This document shows, piece after piece, positions 41,580 to 50,902 of a stretch of 64,000 nucleotides of DNA. The DNA comes from Acidobacteriota bacterium (GTDB lineage Bacteria; Acidobacteriota; Thermoanaerobaculia; UBA5066; Gp7-AA6), in assembly GCA_050257975.1 (NCBI GenBank), contig JBLMXY010000001.1, forward strand, positions 15,125-79,124, given 5' to 3'. Under the pieces are notes generated by a model. The model was given only the letters and a program-made list of their open reading frames with translations, made no database searches and was not told the origin of the DNA. The translations under genes were made by a program, and so were the position numbers. How positions within the stretch are numbered: position 1 is the first letter of the stretch; each line of letters starts with the position of its first letter.

Positions 41580-43841
41580 GTGCCCGGACGCCGCCGCCTC
41601 CTCGCCCTTCTCGCCGCGGCGTCCCTGGCTCCCGCCTGCGCCGCCCACCGAGAGCCGCCGCTTCCGACCCTGGAGGACTACTCCGACGGCGTCTCGGTCT
41701 TCGCCGACGAGTACCTGGAGGACTGGCGCAACGGCGCCCGGAGCGCGGAGCTCTACAGCCCGGACTTCGCGTGGAGCGGACCCCTGCCCGGCGAGGCGAT
41801 GGAAAGAGTCGATACCCGGCAAGGGCTGGACGTTCGAATCTGCCGCCTCGGGGCGCCTTCACGCCCGCCTTCCGGGGAGAAGAGAAGCGGAGACCTCAGG
41901 CGGCGGCTGGCCGAGATTCGGAGCGGCTTCGCCTCGCTCGGCCGGACGGAGAACGTGATCTTCGACTTTCGCCGCGAGGGCGAACGGCGCGAGGCCGTCT
42001 TCGCCCTGCTCCTGACCGGGCGCGGCGCGGGCGGAGAGCTCCGGCAGGAGGGAGGCAAGGTTCACGTCCTTCTCGCCCGCGCGGGCGGGGGGCCCGGCTG
42101 GCGGCTCCAGTCGGCGTGGCTCGAGAGCTGGACGAGCGCGGCGGCGGCGGAGCCGCTCTTCGAGGAGACGGCCGAGAAGGCCGGGCTCGCCAGGCCGCAT
42201 CACGCCTTCCTGCCGAACGCGGCGAGGAACATTCCGGTCCCGGGAGAGCACATGCCGCCCGGCGTCGCGGTGCTCGACTTCGACGGCGACGGGCGAGAGG
42301 ACCTCTTCGTCGCCGGGGGCGACGGCAACCGCCTCTACAGAAACCGCGGCGACGGGAATTACGAGGACGTGGCGCGGCGAGCCGGCGTCGCGGGCCAGGA
42401 GGGCGAGGCCGTCGGCGCGCTCGCCTTCGACTTCGACGGCGACGGGAGGACCGACCTCTACGTGACGTACCTCGACCGGCCCAACCTGCTCTTCCGAAAC
42501 CTCGGCGACGGAACCTTCGAGGAGATCGGAAGGGCGGCCGGCGTCGCGCTCGACGACTACTGCACCTCGGCCGCGGCGCTCGACTACGACCGCGACGGAC
42601 GGCCGGACCTCTACGTCCTCGTTTACGGGCGCCCGGATCACGGTCCCAACATCCAGGCGGACAACGCTCCGCCGAACCATCTCTTCCACAACAACGGAGA
42701 CGGGACCTTCACCGACGTGACGGCGCCAACGCGAACGGGTGACACGGGCTGGAGCCTCGCGCTCGAGTCGGCGGATTTCGACGGCGACGGCTGGCCGGAC
42801 ATCTATGTCGCCAACGACTTCGGCAACAACACCTATCTCCACAACAACGCAGACGGCACGTTCACGAACATCGCGAAGAAGGCGGCCGTGCTCGATCCCG
42901 GCTTCGGAATGGGGGTCGCCATCGACGACTACGACGGCGACGGCCGGCTCGATTTCTACGTGTCGAATTACTCCTTTGCGCTCAACTGGTTCCTGCGCGA
43001 TCCGCGCTACCCCATGCCCGAGTTTCCCTACTCGCTGGGACGCCCTCTCGTCTGGCGGCGCCTGAAGGCGCTCTCGCGCGGCTCTTCTCTCTTCCGTGGA
43101 ACGGCCGGTGGTCGCTTCGAGCGGACCTCGCAGGAGGCCGACGTCTGGGACACCTCCTGGTCCTGGGGATGCCTGTTCGTCGACGCGGACCTCGACGGCC
43201 GCCCCGACCTCTTCGTCGTCAACGGCATGGTCACCGGCCAGAGCCCGCGCGAGCGCGAGATCGACTTCTGGAACCTGATGAGCGCCGAGTACAAGAAGTT
43301 CGAGAAGGGGATCCCGATCGCCGAGTTCGGGGAGGACTCGCTCTGGGGGCACACGCCCAAGCGCTTCTACCGCAACCGGGACGGCCGGCACTTCGACGAG
43401 CTCGCCGCGGTGACCGGCCTCGAGTCCGACGCCAACCAGCGAGGCCTGGTCGTCACCGACGCCAACGGCGACGGAGCGCCGGACCTCTTCGCGACGGGAT
43501 TCCTCCAGCCACCCGCGCTCTGGATCAACCGCAACCCGTCGGGGGCCAAGGCGCTGGTCGTGTCGCTCGAGGGAGACCCGGCGGCTCCCGGCCGCGACCG
43601 CTCGACCCGCGAGGCCCTTGGCGCCGTCGTGACGGTCGAGGCCGGCGGGCGGCGGCGCTCGCAGGTGGTCGCCGCGGGCTCCTCGTTTCTGTCGTCCGGG
43701 TCCAAGCTCCTCTTCTTCGGCCTTGGCGACCGCAAGAAGGCAGACCTCGTGACGGTGCGGTGGCCCTCGGGCCGCGTCACCGAGCGGCGCGACGTGCCGT
43801 CGGGCCGGCTCGCGATACGGGAGCGGGCTCAGGGTCCGTAG
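41580..43841 (+). CDS. CRTAC1-like FG-GAP repeat/ASPIC-UnbV lipoprotein
   Basis: Lipobox-like APAC; repeated D.DGDG..DL.V motifs; C-terminal FGLG...V.VRWPSG. Confidence 0.88.
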   Translation: MPGRRRLLALLAAASLAPACAAHREPPLPTLEDYSDGVSVFADEYLEDWRNGARSAELYSPDFAWSGPLPGEAMERVDTRQGLDVRICRLGAPSRPPSGEKRSGDLRRRLAEIRSGFASLGRTENVIFDFRREGERREAVFALLLTGRGAGGELRQEGGKVHVLLARAGGGPGWRLQSAWLESWTSAAAAEPLFEETAEKAGLARPHHAFLPNAARNIPVPGEHMPPGVAVLDFDGDGREDLFVAGGDGNRLYRNRGDGNYEDVARRAGVAGQEGEAVGALAFDFDGDGRTDLYVTYLDRPNLLFRNLGDGTFEEIGRAAGVALDDYCTSAAALDYDRDGRPDLYVLVYGRPDHGPNIQADNAPPNHLFHNNGDGTFTDVTAPTRTGDTGWSLALESADFDGDGWPDIYVANDFGNNTYLHNNADGTFTNIAKKAAVLDPGFGMGVAIDDYDGDGRLDFYVSNYSFALNWFLRDPRYPMPEFPYSLGRPLVWRRLKALSRGSSLFRGTAGGRFERTSQEADVWDTSWSWGCLFVDADLDGRPDLFVVNGMVTGQSPREREIDFWNLMSAEYKKFEKGIPIAEFGEDSLWGHTPKRFYRNRDGRHFDELAAVTGLESDANQRGLVVTDANGDGAPDLFATGFLQPPALWINRNPSGAKALVVSLEGDPAAPGRDRSTREALGAVVTVEAGGRRRSQVVAAGSSFLSSGSKLLFFGLGDRKKADLVTVRWPSGRVTERRDVPSGRLAIRERAQGP

Positions 43842-43879
43842 ACCCTCCGAGGACCCGGACAGGAGCGGCCCATCCCGCG

Positions 43880-43919
43880 GGGGCGGATGAGAGGAACGGA
43901 AACCTCCCCCATCCGCCCC
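43880..43919. terminator. Hairpin between convergent genes
   Basis: GGGGCGGATG / CATCCGCCCC 10-bp stem with inner GAGG/CCTC. Confidence 0.55.
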
Positions 43920-43932
43920 TCACGCACGCGGC

Positions 43933-45522
43933 TCACTCCTTGTCGCTCGGATCGTTGAAGAGAAGCGTCAGCTTGATGCTGCCGTGCCCGAATTGAGGGA
44001 AGAGCGGCGCGGAGCGGTCGCCCGGATCCAGGTTCGACGCCGTGTCGTCCGGCGGAAAGAGCACCAGGGACCGGAGGAATCCCACGATGGCCTGCTGCCT
44101 GGCTGGCTCGAGCGCGGCAAAGGCGTCGCGCGAGGCCTGCGCTTCCTGCCCGTGCCTCAGGATGACCTCGGTCAAGTTGACGCTGCGCCCGTCGTGCCCG
44201 TACGCGGCCTTCGTGCCGATGCCCCAGAGCGGCCGGGTCAGGAACTCCTTTTGCAGGGTGCCGTCCCAGTTGCGCTCGTAGAAGTTGGGCCCCAGGTCGT
44301 GGCGCTTGAAGTCGGTGAAGATGTTCCTAACCTGAAACGGCCCGCCCTTCGGCTTCTTCAGCGACGGATGGCCGCTGCCGTCCGCGACCGAGTCGAAGAG
44401 CGGAGCCGCCGTCGCGAAGAGGTTGTTCAGGTTCCCGCGGTCCTCGTCGTAGACGGTCTCCACGTCGGCCACGCGGCGGTCGTGATCGATCGGGAGGTCC
44501 GGAACGTGACACGACGCGCACCCGATTTCGTTGAACGTCCGAAGCCCGCGCCGAGTCGCCAGCGTTTGCTTGTAGGTGGCCGGCTTGAAGTAGTTCAGCA
44601 GATAGAACTCCATGTAATCCACCAGAGCCGTCGGCACCTCGTTGCCCGAGACGTTCCCGTCGGGATCGTGGGCCGGATTGGGAACCGGCGGCGCTTCGAC
44701 GCGATCCAGACTGCCGTCGAGAATCATTCCGGCTGGAGTCGCCACCCGGCCCCCGGCGCTGGCCAGGGCCAGTTCCGGATCGGCCGAGTCCAGGCCCATC
44801 TCGGCGTGGAAGGCGCCGACCACGAACTCGCGGATCGAGATCGTTCCGCCGTGCGCGAAGAACGGCCGGACGCGGAGGTCCGGATCCACTCCCTTCACCC
44901 CGGAGGTGTCGATCGCGCCGCTGGGAGCCGCCGTGATGGATCCGAAGTCGATCCCCTTGGCGACGAGCCGCCGTGTCACCGAGCGGCCTTTCCCCCGGGC
45001 GGCGCCGACCGCCTCCGACTGAATCTGGCGAAGCTGGCCGGTAATCTCGTCCGCCAGCATCTCCTTCAGGCCGAGACCGAACAGGTGCGGGGCGTCCCGG
45101 CTGTCCGGCCGCGTGACGACGTCTCCCCCGCCCCCTGCCGAGCCGCGCGGACGGCCGTGACAGCTCGCGCAACTGTCGGAAAGTCCCGCCCCGATGGCAA
45201 TCGCCGTATTGAGGTCCCCGATGCCGTCCTGAAAGGCCGGGCCCTGCAGCTGCAGGCGCGTGAACTTGCGCTGGAAGATCTGGCGGCCCCGTCGGATCGC
45301 ACGGAAGGGATCCCGGCTGATCAGAAACGAGGAGGAGCCGGGGGTGTTCCAGTCCCCTCGGCCGGCGCCGATCTCGTCGCCGAGCGACTTGGCGATGCCT
45401 TCGTTCAATGCATTGGGAGCCTGCGTCCGGTCGATCATCTGGCCGCGCGACGATGGCGCGACGACCGCGAGGGTCGTCTGGACGATCGCCGCGGCGACAC
45501 CAATCCTCAATCTCCTGCGCAT
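43933..45522 (-). CDS. Exported di-haem c protein (DHOR/di-haem oxidoreductase-like)
   Basis: GGAGGG RBS; signal peptide; two CASCH; P.LFGLG, TRPLWG, HDGR, ILRHG.EA. Confidence 0.85.
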   Translation of the reverse strand: MRRRLRIGVAAAIVQTTLAVVAPSSRGQMIDRTQAPNALNEGIAKSLGDEIGAGRGDWNTPGSSSFLISRDPFRAIRRGRQIFQRKFTRLQLQGPAFQDGIGDLNTAIAIGAGLSDSCASCHGRPRGSAGGGGDVVTRPDSRDAPHLFGLGLKEMLADEITGQLRQIQSEAVGAARGKGRSVTRRLVAKGIDFGSITAAPSGAIDTSGVKGVDPDLRVRPFFAHGGTISIREFVVGAFHAEMGLDSADPELALASAGGRVATPAGMILDGSLDRVEAPPVPNPAHDPDGNVSGNEVPTALVDYMEFYLLNYFKPATYKQTLATRRGLRTFNEIGCASCHVPDLPIDHDRRVADVETVYDEDRGNLNNLFATAAPLFDSVADGSGHPSLKKPKGGPFQVRNIFTDFKRHDLGPNFYERNWDGTLQKEFLTRPLWGIGTKAAYGHDGRSVNLTEVILRHGQEAQASRDAFAALEPARQQAIVGFLRSLVLFPPDDTASNLDPGDRSAPLFPQFGHGSIKLTLLFNDPSDKE

Positions 45523-45636
45523 GACGTTCCCTCCGTGTTGGGTCCCTACAAGGGAAGCGTCAACGGCAGGCGAAAGGCGACACGCCATCGGCGCGAAAGG
45601 GGTGTACCCTTCCTCGTACCAGGACCCCGAAAACCC

Positions 45637-46203
45637 GTGGAACGTTCGATCTCCATCCTCCTGGCGTCGACCGAGTCCGGCGACCGATCCGCGGCGGACG
45701 CATTGTTCTCGTCCCTCTACGCCGAGCTGCACGGGCTCGCCGAAAAGCAGCTGGCCCGGCAGGGCAGCGGCATCACGCTCGGCGCCACGACGCTTCTCCA
45801 TGAGGCTTACCTCGACATGTCGCGGCGCGAGGGTGCCGTCTTTCCAGACGAGGGGCGCTTCATGGCCTACGCGGCCAGGGTCATGCGCTCCCTGATCATC
45901 GACTACGCCCGCGACCGCCGGGCCCAGAAGCGCGGCGGCGCGTTCGAGATCACGACTCTCGACGAAGAAAAGGCGGGGCCGGCGCCCGGCACCGAAGACC
46001 TGGAGGAAATCCACGCGGCGCTCGAACGGCTCGGGCAGATCGACCCACCACTCGCAGAGATCGTCGACCTGAAGTTCTTCTGCGGGTTCTCCTTCCCGGA
46101 GATCGCCGCCATGCGCCGCGTGTCGGAGCGCACGGTTCAGCGCCAGTGGGAAAAGGCCCGCCTCTTTCTCCACCGCTCGATCCGCGAGACGTCGCTCGAC
46201 TGA
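45637..46203 (+). CDS. ECF sigma factor of the kinase-associated type
   Basis: LYAELH.LA, TLGATTLLHEAYL, RRAQKRGG, LKFFCG, SERTVQRQW..AR. Confidence 0.9.
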   Translation: MERSISILLASTESGDRSAADALFSSLYAELHGLAEKQLARQGSGITLGATTLLHEAYLDMSRREGAVFPDEGRFMAYAARVMRSLIIDYARDRRAQKRGGAFEITTLDEEKAGPAPGTEDLEEIHAALERLGQIDPPLAEIVDLKFFCGFSFPEIAAMRRVSERTVQRQWEKARLFLHRSIRETSLD

Positions 46204-46207
46204 GGCG

Positions 46208-48931
46208 ATGTCGATTCTCGGGAAGGACCGCTGGCCGATTCTCGAGCCGTATCTCGATCGGGCGCTCGAGATGGAACCGGCGGAGCGCCGCCGGTGGCTC
46301 GGGGAGCTGAAGGCGCAGGATCCCGAGCTCGCCGCCGACCTCGAGGAGCTCCTCGCGGAAAACGACGACGCCTCGCGAAAGCGATTCCTCGAGGGCCTTC
46401 CGAGCCGACCGGAGCTCCCCGCGTCGCTCGCGGGCCAGTCGATCGGGGCGTACACGCTCGTCGAGCCGATCGGCCAGGGAGGCATGGGCACCGTCTGGCT
46501 GGCGAGCCGCAGCGACGGGCGCTTCGAGGGACGCGTCGCCGTCAAGCTCCTGAATGCCAACCTCGTGGGCCGCGCCGGCGAGGAACGGTTCCGGCGCGAG
46601 GGCTCGATCCTCGCCAGACTCTCCCACCCGCACATCGCCCGACTGCTGGACGCCGGCGTGTCGGCCTCGGGCCAGCCGTACATCGTCCTCGAGCACGTCG
46701 ACGGCGAGTCGATCGACCGCTATTGCGACGCCCGCCACCTCGCCATCGAAGCGCGCCTGCGCCTCTTCCTCGACGTCTGCGCCGCGGTCGCACAGGCGCA
46801 TGCCAATCTGATCGTCCACCGCGACATCAAGCCTTCGAACGTTCTCGTCGCGAGGGGCGGGCAGGTGAAGCTCCTCGACTTCGGCATCGCGAAGCTTCTC
46901 GAAGAGGAGTCGGGCGAGGGCGGAGCCACGGCACTGACTCGCGACGGCGGCCGGGCGCTGACGCCCGACTTCGCCGCGCCGGAGCAGCTCGCCGGCGGTG
47001 CCGTGACGACCGCCACGGACGTGTACGCGCTCGGGACCCTGCTCTACCTGCTTCTTGCCGGGCAACACCCCGCCGGGCCGGCGCGCGCCAATCCCGCCCT
47101 GCTCCTCAAGGCGATCGTCGAGACCGACCCGAAACGCCCGTCCGAAGCGACGACCCCGCCGGACGCCGACACCCGCGCGACGACTCCCGAGGGCCTGCGC
47201 CGTCAGCTGCGCGGCGACGTCGACACGATCGTCGTCAAGGCCCTGAAGAAGAAACCGGCCGAGCGCTACCCCTCGGTCGAGGCGCTCGCGGCCGACATCC
47301 GCCACTGTCTCGCGCACGAGCCCATCACCGCGCGGCCAGACACCCTCGGCTATCGGACGGTCAAGTTCGTTCGCCGTCACCGGCCGGGCGTCGCCGCAGG
47401 TCTGCTCGCCGCCGCGGCGGCGATCGCCGGGACCGCCGCCATTCTCTGGCAGGCGCGCGAAGCCCGCCGCCAGCGCGACGAGGCCCGCGTCGAGCTTTCG
47501 CGGGCAACCGCGATCAACGAGTTTCTCGGCTTTCTCTTGAGCGCCGCCGCCCCGCCCGGGCGAAAGTTCGTCGTCGCCGACCTCCTGGAACAGGGCGAGG
47601 CCGTGGCCGACAAGCAATTCGCCCGAGATGATGCCCTGCGCGCGGAGCTCCTCGCGAACATCGGTCGCCGGTACTACGACGCAGAACAATGGGAAAAGGC
47701 GGTTCCCGTGCTCGAACGGGCCGCCAGGGTCGCGCAGCGTTCGAACGACGCCGGCGTTCGCGCACGCGCAAACTGTCCCCTTGCCCTTGCGTATGTGACC
47801 ACCCGCAGGCGACCGGAAGGCGAGGCACTCATCGCCCAAACGCTCCAGGCTCTCCCCGAGGAACCCCGGTATGCGCTGCAACGCGCGGACTGCCTCGTCA
47901 TCCGAAGCGAGTTCGGGTACTTCACCGACGAAGGCCACAAGATGATCGAAGACGCCGTCCAAGCCCTCCAGGCAATCGACCGCGTGCCGATCAAGAGCCA
48001 GATCATGCGAACCGACGCGCAGGCGTCACTCGCTTACGGCTACTACTTGACGCAGCAGAACGCGAGGGCCGACCATGCCTACGCAGAACTCTTGAAGGCG
48101 CTCGAGAAGGCCGGCCGCGATCGCACGCTCGCCGCCGCGGACGTGCTGAACAACTGGGGTCTCGTGCACTACCTCGGCGACATCCGCAAGGCGGAGCCGC
48201 TTCAGCGCCGCTCGCTCGAGCTTCACCGCGCGATCGAGGGGCCCGACGCGGTCGGGCCGATCTATCTCCACAACTACGCCGGGATTCTGGATCAGCTCGC
48301 GCGCTACCCCGAGGCGGAAACCGCTTACCACGAGACGATCCGGGTGGCACGCGGGCGGGATGCCCTCCGGATCGAAATCGATGCGACTCTCCGGCTGGCC
48401 TGCCTCTACGCCGAGCAGGGCCGCATGACGGAGGCGGCCGCCGCGATCGGCAGCGTCGAACGGCGCGAAGGAGACAAGGTCTTCACGGCGGCCCAGCGCC
48501 GCGCCCTCCTCGCCTACGCCCGCGGCGTCGTGGCCCGCGCCCGGCGTGACTTCGCCGAGGCCCGTTCCCGATTCGGCGAAGCGGTCCGGCTCTACGACGA
48601 GGTCGATGCCAAGTTCGCCTACAGTGTCCTCGCGCGCACGGAACTGGCGCGGGCGGAGCTCGCCACGGGCCACGCCGAGGAGGCCGAGAAGGCCGCCAGG
48701 CGTGCGCTCGCGCTCGCGGAATCGCTCGTCGAGAGGAATTCACGTTCCTATCTGATCGGGCTATCGCAGACCGCTCTGGGCGAGGTCCAGCTCGCGCAGA
48801 GACAGGCCGGCGCTACGGTGACGCTCCGCGCGGCCCGCGCCCAGCTCGAAGAGACCCTCGGCGAGACGCATCCCGCCACGCTCCGAGCGCGCGCGCTCCA
48901 GGAGCGCGCGGAGGCCGCCGCCGCTCCCTGA
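46208..48931 (+). CDS. Membrane Hanks-type Ser/Thr kinase with C-terminal TPR domain
   Basis: GQGGMGTV, VAVK, HRDIKPSN, DFG, APE; one TM; TPR-like helices. Confidence 0.93.
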   Translation: MSILGKDRWPILEPYLDRALEMEPAERRRWLGELKAQDPELAADLEELLAENDDASRKRFLEGLPSRPELPASLAGQSIGAYTLVEPIGQGGMGTVWLASRSDGRFEGRVAVKLLNANLVGRAGEERFRREGSILARLSHPHIARLLDAGVSASGQPYIVLEHVDGESIDRYCDARHLAIEARLRLFLDVCAAVAQAHANLIVHRDIKPSNVLVARGGQVKLLDFGIAKLLEEESGEGGATALTRDGGRALTPDFAAPEQLAGGAVTTATDVYALGTLLYLLLAGQHPAGPARANPALLLKAIVETDPKRPSEATTPPDADTRATTPEGLRRQLRGDVDTIVVKALKKKPAERYPSVEALAADIRHCLAHEPITARPDTLGYRTVKFVRRHRPGVAAGLLAAAAAIAGTAAILWQAREARRQRDEARVELSRATAINEFLGFLLSAAAPPGRKFVVADLLEQGEAVADKQFARDDALRAELLANIGRRYYDAEQWEKAVPVLERAARVAQRSNDAGVRARANCPLALAYVTTRRRPEGEALIAQTLQALPEEPRYALQRADCLVIRSEFGYFTDEGHKMIEDAVQALQAIDRVPIKSQIMRTDAQASLAYGYYLTQQNARADHAYAELLKALEKAGRDRTLAAADVLNNWGLVHYLGDIRKAEPLQRRSLELHRAIEGPDAVGPIYLHNYAGILDQLARYPEAETAYHETIRVARGRDALRIEIDATLRLACLYAEQGRMTEAAAAIGSVERREGDKVFTAAQRRALLAYARGVVARARRDFAEARSRFGEAVRLYDEVDAKFAYSVLARTELARAELATGHAEEAEKAARRALALAESLVERNSRSYLIGLSQTALGEVQLAQRQAGATVTLRAARAQLEETLGETHPATLRARALQERAEAAAAP

Positions 48932-48980
48932 CGCTCCCGGCCGCCGGCGCGCCCCGCCCGTATAGAATCCCCCCGCTTTC

Positions 48981-50270
48981 ATGGAGAAGAAGCGCAAGTT
49001 CCTCTTCGTCTCGCTCTCGGGACTCGTCGGCGACATCGCCTGGCAGGTCGCCAAGGAGGGGCACGAGGTCCGCTACTTCATCGCGGACGAGAAGGAGAAG
49101 GACATCGCGGACGGCTTCGTGCCCAAGAGCGAGGACTGGGAGAAGGACGTCCCGTGGGCCGACGTCATCGTCTTCGATGACACGCTCGGCCAGGGCGCCA
49201 GGGCGAAGGAGCTGCGGGCGCAGGGCAAGGCGGTCGTCGGCGGCACTCCGTACACGGACCGCCTGGAGGACGACCGCTCCTTCGGCCAGGAGGAGTTGAA
49301 GAAGGCGGGCGTTCCGATCATTCCCTACCGCGAGTTCGACTCCTTCGACGCCGCCATCCAGCACGTCTCCGACAATCCCGGCCGCTACGTCATCAAGCCC
49401 TCGGGCGAGGCCGCCAACGTCAAGCGGCGTCTCTTCGTCGGCGACGAGGAAGACGGGCGCGACGTGATCCGCATGCTCGAGGCGTACAAGAAGGCGTTCT
49501 CCGAGGAGATCAAGGTCTTCCAGCTCCAGAAGCGGGTCGTGGGCGTCGAGGTGGCGGTCGGGGCCTTCTTCAACGGAAAGAGCTTCATTCACCCCATCAA
49601 CGTCAACTTCGAGCACAAGAAGCTCTTCCCCGGCAACATCGGCCCGCCGACCGGCGAGATGGGCACGACGATGTTCTGGAGCGAGCCGAACCGCATCTTC
49701 ACGCAAACCCTCGGCAAGATGGAGGGAAAGCTCGCCGAGGAGGGCTACATCGGCTACATCGACATCAACAACATCGTGAACAACAACGGGATCTACCCCC
49801 TCGAGTTCACGTCGCGGTTCGGCTATCCCACGATCTTCATCCAGCAGGAGGGGATGATCACCCCGATCGGCCACTTTCTCTGGGACCTCGCGCACGGGGC
49901 GGACCCGAAGCTCAAGGTCAAGAGCGGCTTTCAGGTCGGCGTGCGCATCGTGGTTCCCCCCTTCCCCTTCGACGACGACGCGACCTTCGAGTCGTTCTCG
50001 CGCAACGCCGCGATCGTGTTCAAGAAGGGGGCGCCCGAAGAAGTCCACATCGAGGACGCCAAGATCGTCGAGGGACAATGGCTGGTCGCCGGCACCTCCG
50101 GCGTCATTCTCACGGTCGTGGGTCTCGGCCAGACGATGAAGCAGGCGCAGGCGCAGGCCTACGCCAAGGTGCGAAACATCCTCATCCCCAACATGTACTA
50201 CCGCGACGACATCGGCGAGCGCTGGGCCGAAGACAGCGACAGGCTGCACAACTGGGGGTATCTGAGGTAG
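48981..50270 (+). CDS. Divergent phosphoribosylamine--glycine ligase-like ATP-grasp enzyme
   Basis: LEDDRSFG, YVIKP, EHKKL, GPPTGEMG, EFTSRFGYP, YYRDDIG. Confidence 0.75.
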   Translation: MEKKRKFLFVSLSGLVGDIAWQVAKEGHEVRYFIADEKEKDIADGFVPKSEDWEKDVPWADVIVFDDTLGQGARAKELRAQGKAVVGGTPYTDRLEDDRSFGQEELKKAGVPIIPYREFDSFDAAIQHVSDNPGRYVIKPSGEAANVKRRLFVGDEEDGRDVIRMLEAYKKAFSEEIKVFQLQKRVVGVEVAVGAFFNGKSFIHPINVNFEHKKLFPGNIGPPTGEMGTTMFWSEPNRIFTQTLGKMEGKLAEEGYIGYIDINNIVNNNGIYPLEFTSRFGYPTIFIQQEGMITPIGHFLWDLAHGADPKLKVKSGFQVGVRIVVPPFPFDDDATFESFSRNAAIVFKKGAPEEVHIEDAKIVEGQWLVAGTSGVILTVVGLGQTMKQAQAQAYAKVRNILIPNMYYRDDIGERWAEDSDRLHNWGYLR

Positions 50271-50300
50271 TCCCGGACGACGAGTCAGGACCTCGCGCCG

Positions 50301-50588
50301 CTACCGACAGGCGAAGAAGAGAGCCAGGGCGGCGGCCACCCAGATCACCGCGATCGCTCTGACCGGAGTCGCAGCTTGCCGCGCCCCCAACAGCGCGACG
50401 CCGCCTCCCGCGGCCAGGGCCACTGCCATGGACGCGATCGAGACCCAAAGAACGGAATCGGCGGCACCAACAGGATGGCCGGAGCGAATCAGCGCCTGGA
50501 CCGCGCCGACGGCAAGAAGAACCTGGCCGCAGAGCGAAAGAGCCGCAAGGATTGCAGCCTTCGTGGAACGAGATCTCTCTATGGCCAT
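50301..50588 (-). CDS. Small 3-TM protein, candidate Rhs immunity 2
   Basis: ATG overlaps upstream ORF end; hydrophobic segments; AT-richer codons. Confidence 0.5.
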   Translation of the reverse strand: MAIERSRSTKAAILAALSLCGQVLLAVGAVQALIRSGHPVGAADSVLWVSIASMAVALAAGGGVALLGARQAATPVRAIAVIWVAAALALFFACR

Positions 50589-50902
50589 CTCAGCGCATAG
50601 CCGATTGCCGACCCGACGAGCAGAAGCGCGTTGGCGAACCACGCCCCGGTCAGCACTTCACCGGCTCTTTCCGGCGAACGCTTTGCCGTGGTGAACAACA
50701 GCAGCGCGAACGATGCCAGAAAAGACACGCCTCCCGGAAGGACCGCGAAGAGCCAGTAGCCCAGGAATTGGCTGCCGACATCGCCCGTACCTCCGGCGAG
50801 CGAGCGCACGGCTCGCGCCAGAGGAAGGTAGAGAAACAGTTCGCCGATGACCACGAGGAAGAGAACCGCCGCACGCGCGAGCAGCAATCTGGAGCCTCCC
50901 AC
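50579..50902 (-). CDS. Small 3-TM protein, candidate Rhs immunity 1
   Basis: GTG overlapping Rhs TAG (TAGTG); three hydrophobic segments. Confidence 0.55.
   Translation of the reverse strand: MGGSRLLLARAAVLFLVVIGELFLYLPLARAVRSLAGGTGDVGSQFLGYWLFAVLPGGVSFLASFALLLFTTAKRSPERAGEVLTGAWFANALLLVGSAIGYALRWP

Noticed and set aside
43933-46683. 916-aa ORF as a single fused protein
   Set aside because: The upstream part is antisense to the ECF and kinase genes; RBS and signal peptide place the start at 45522
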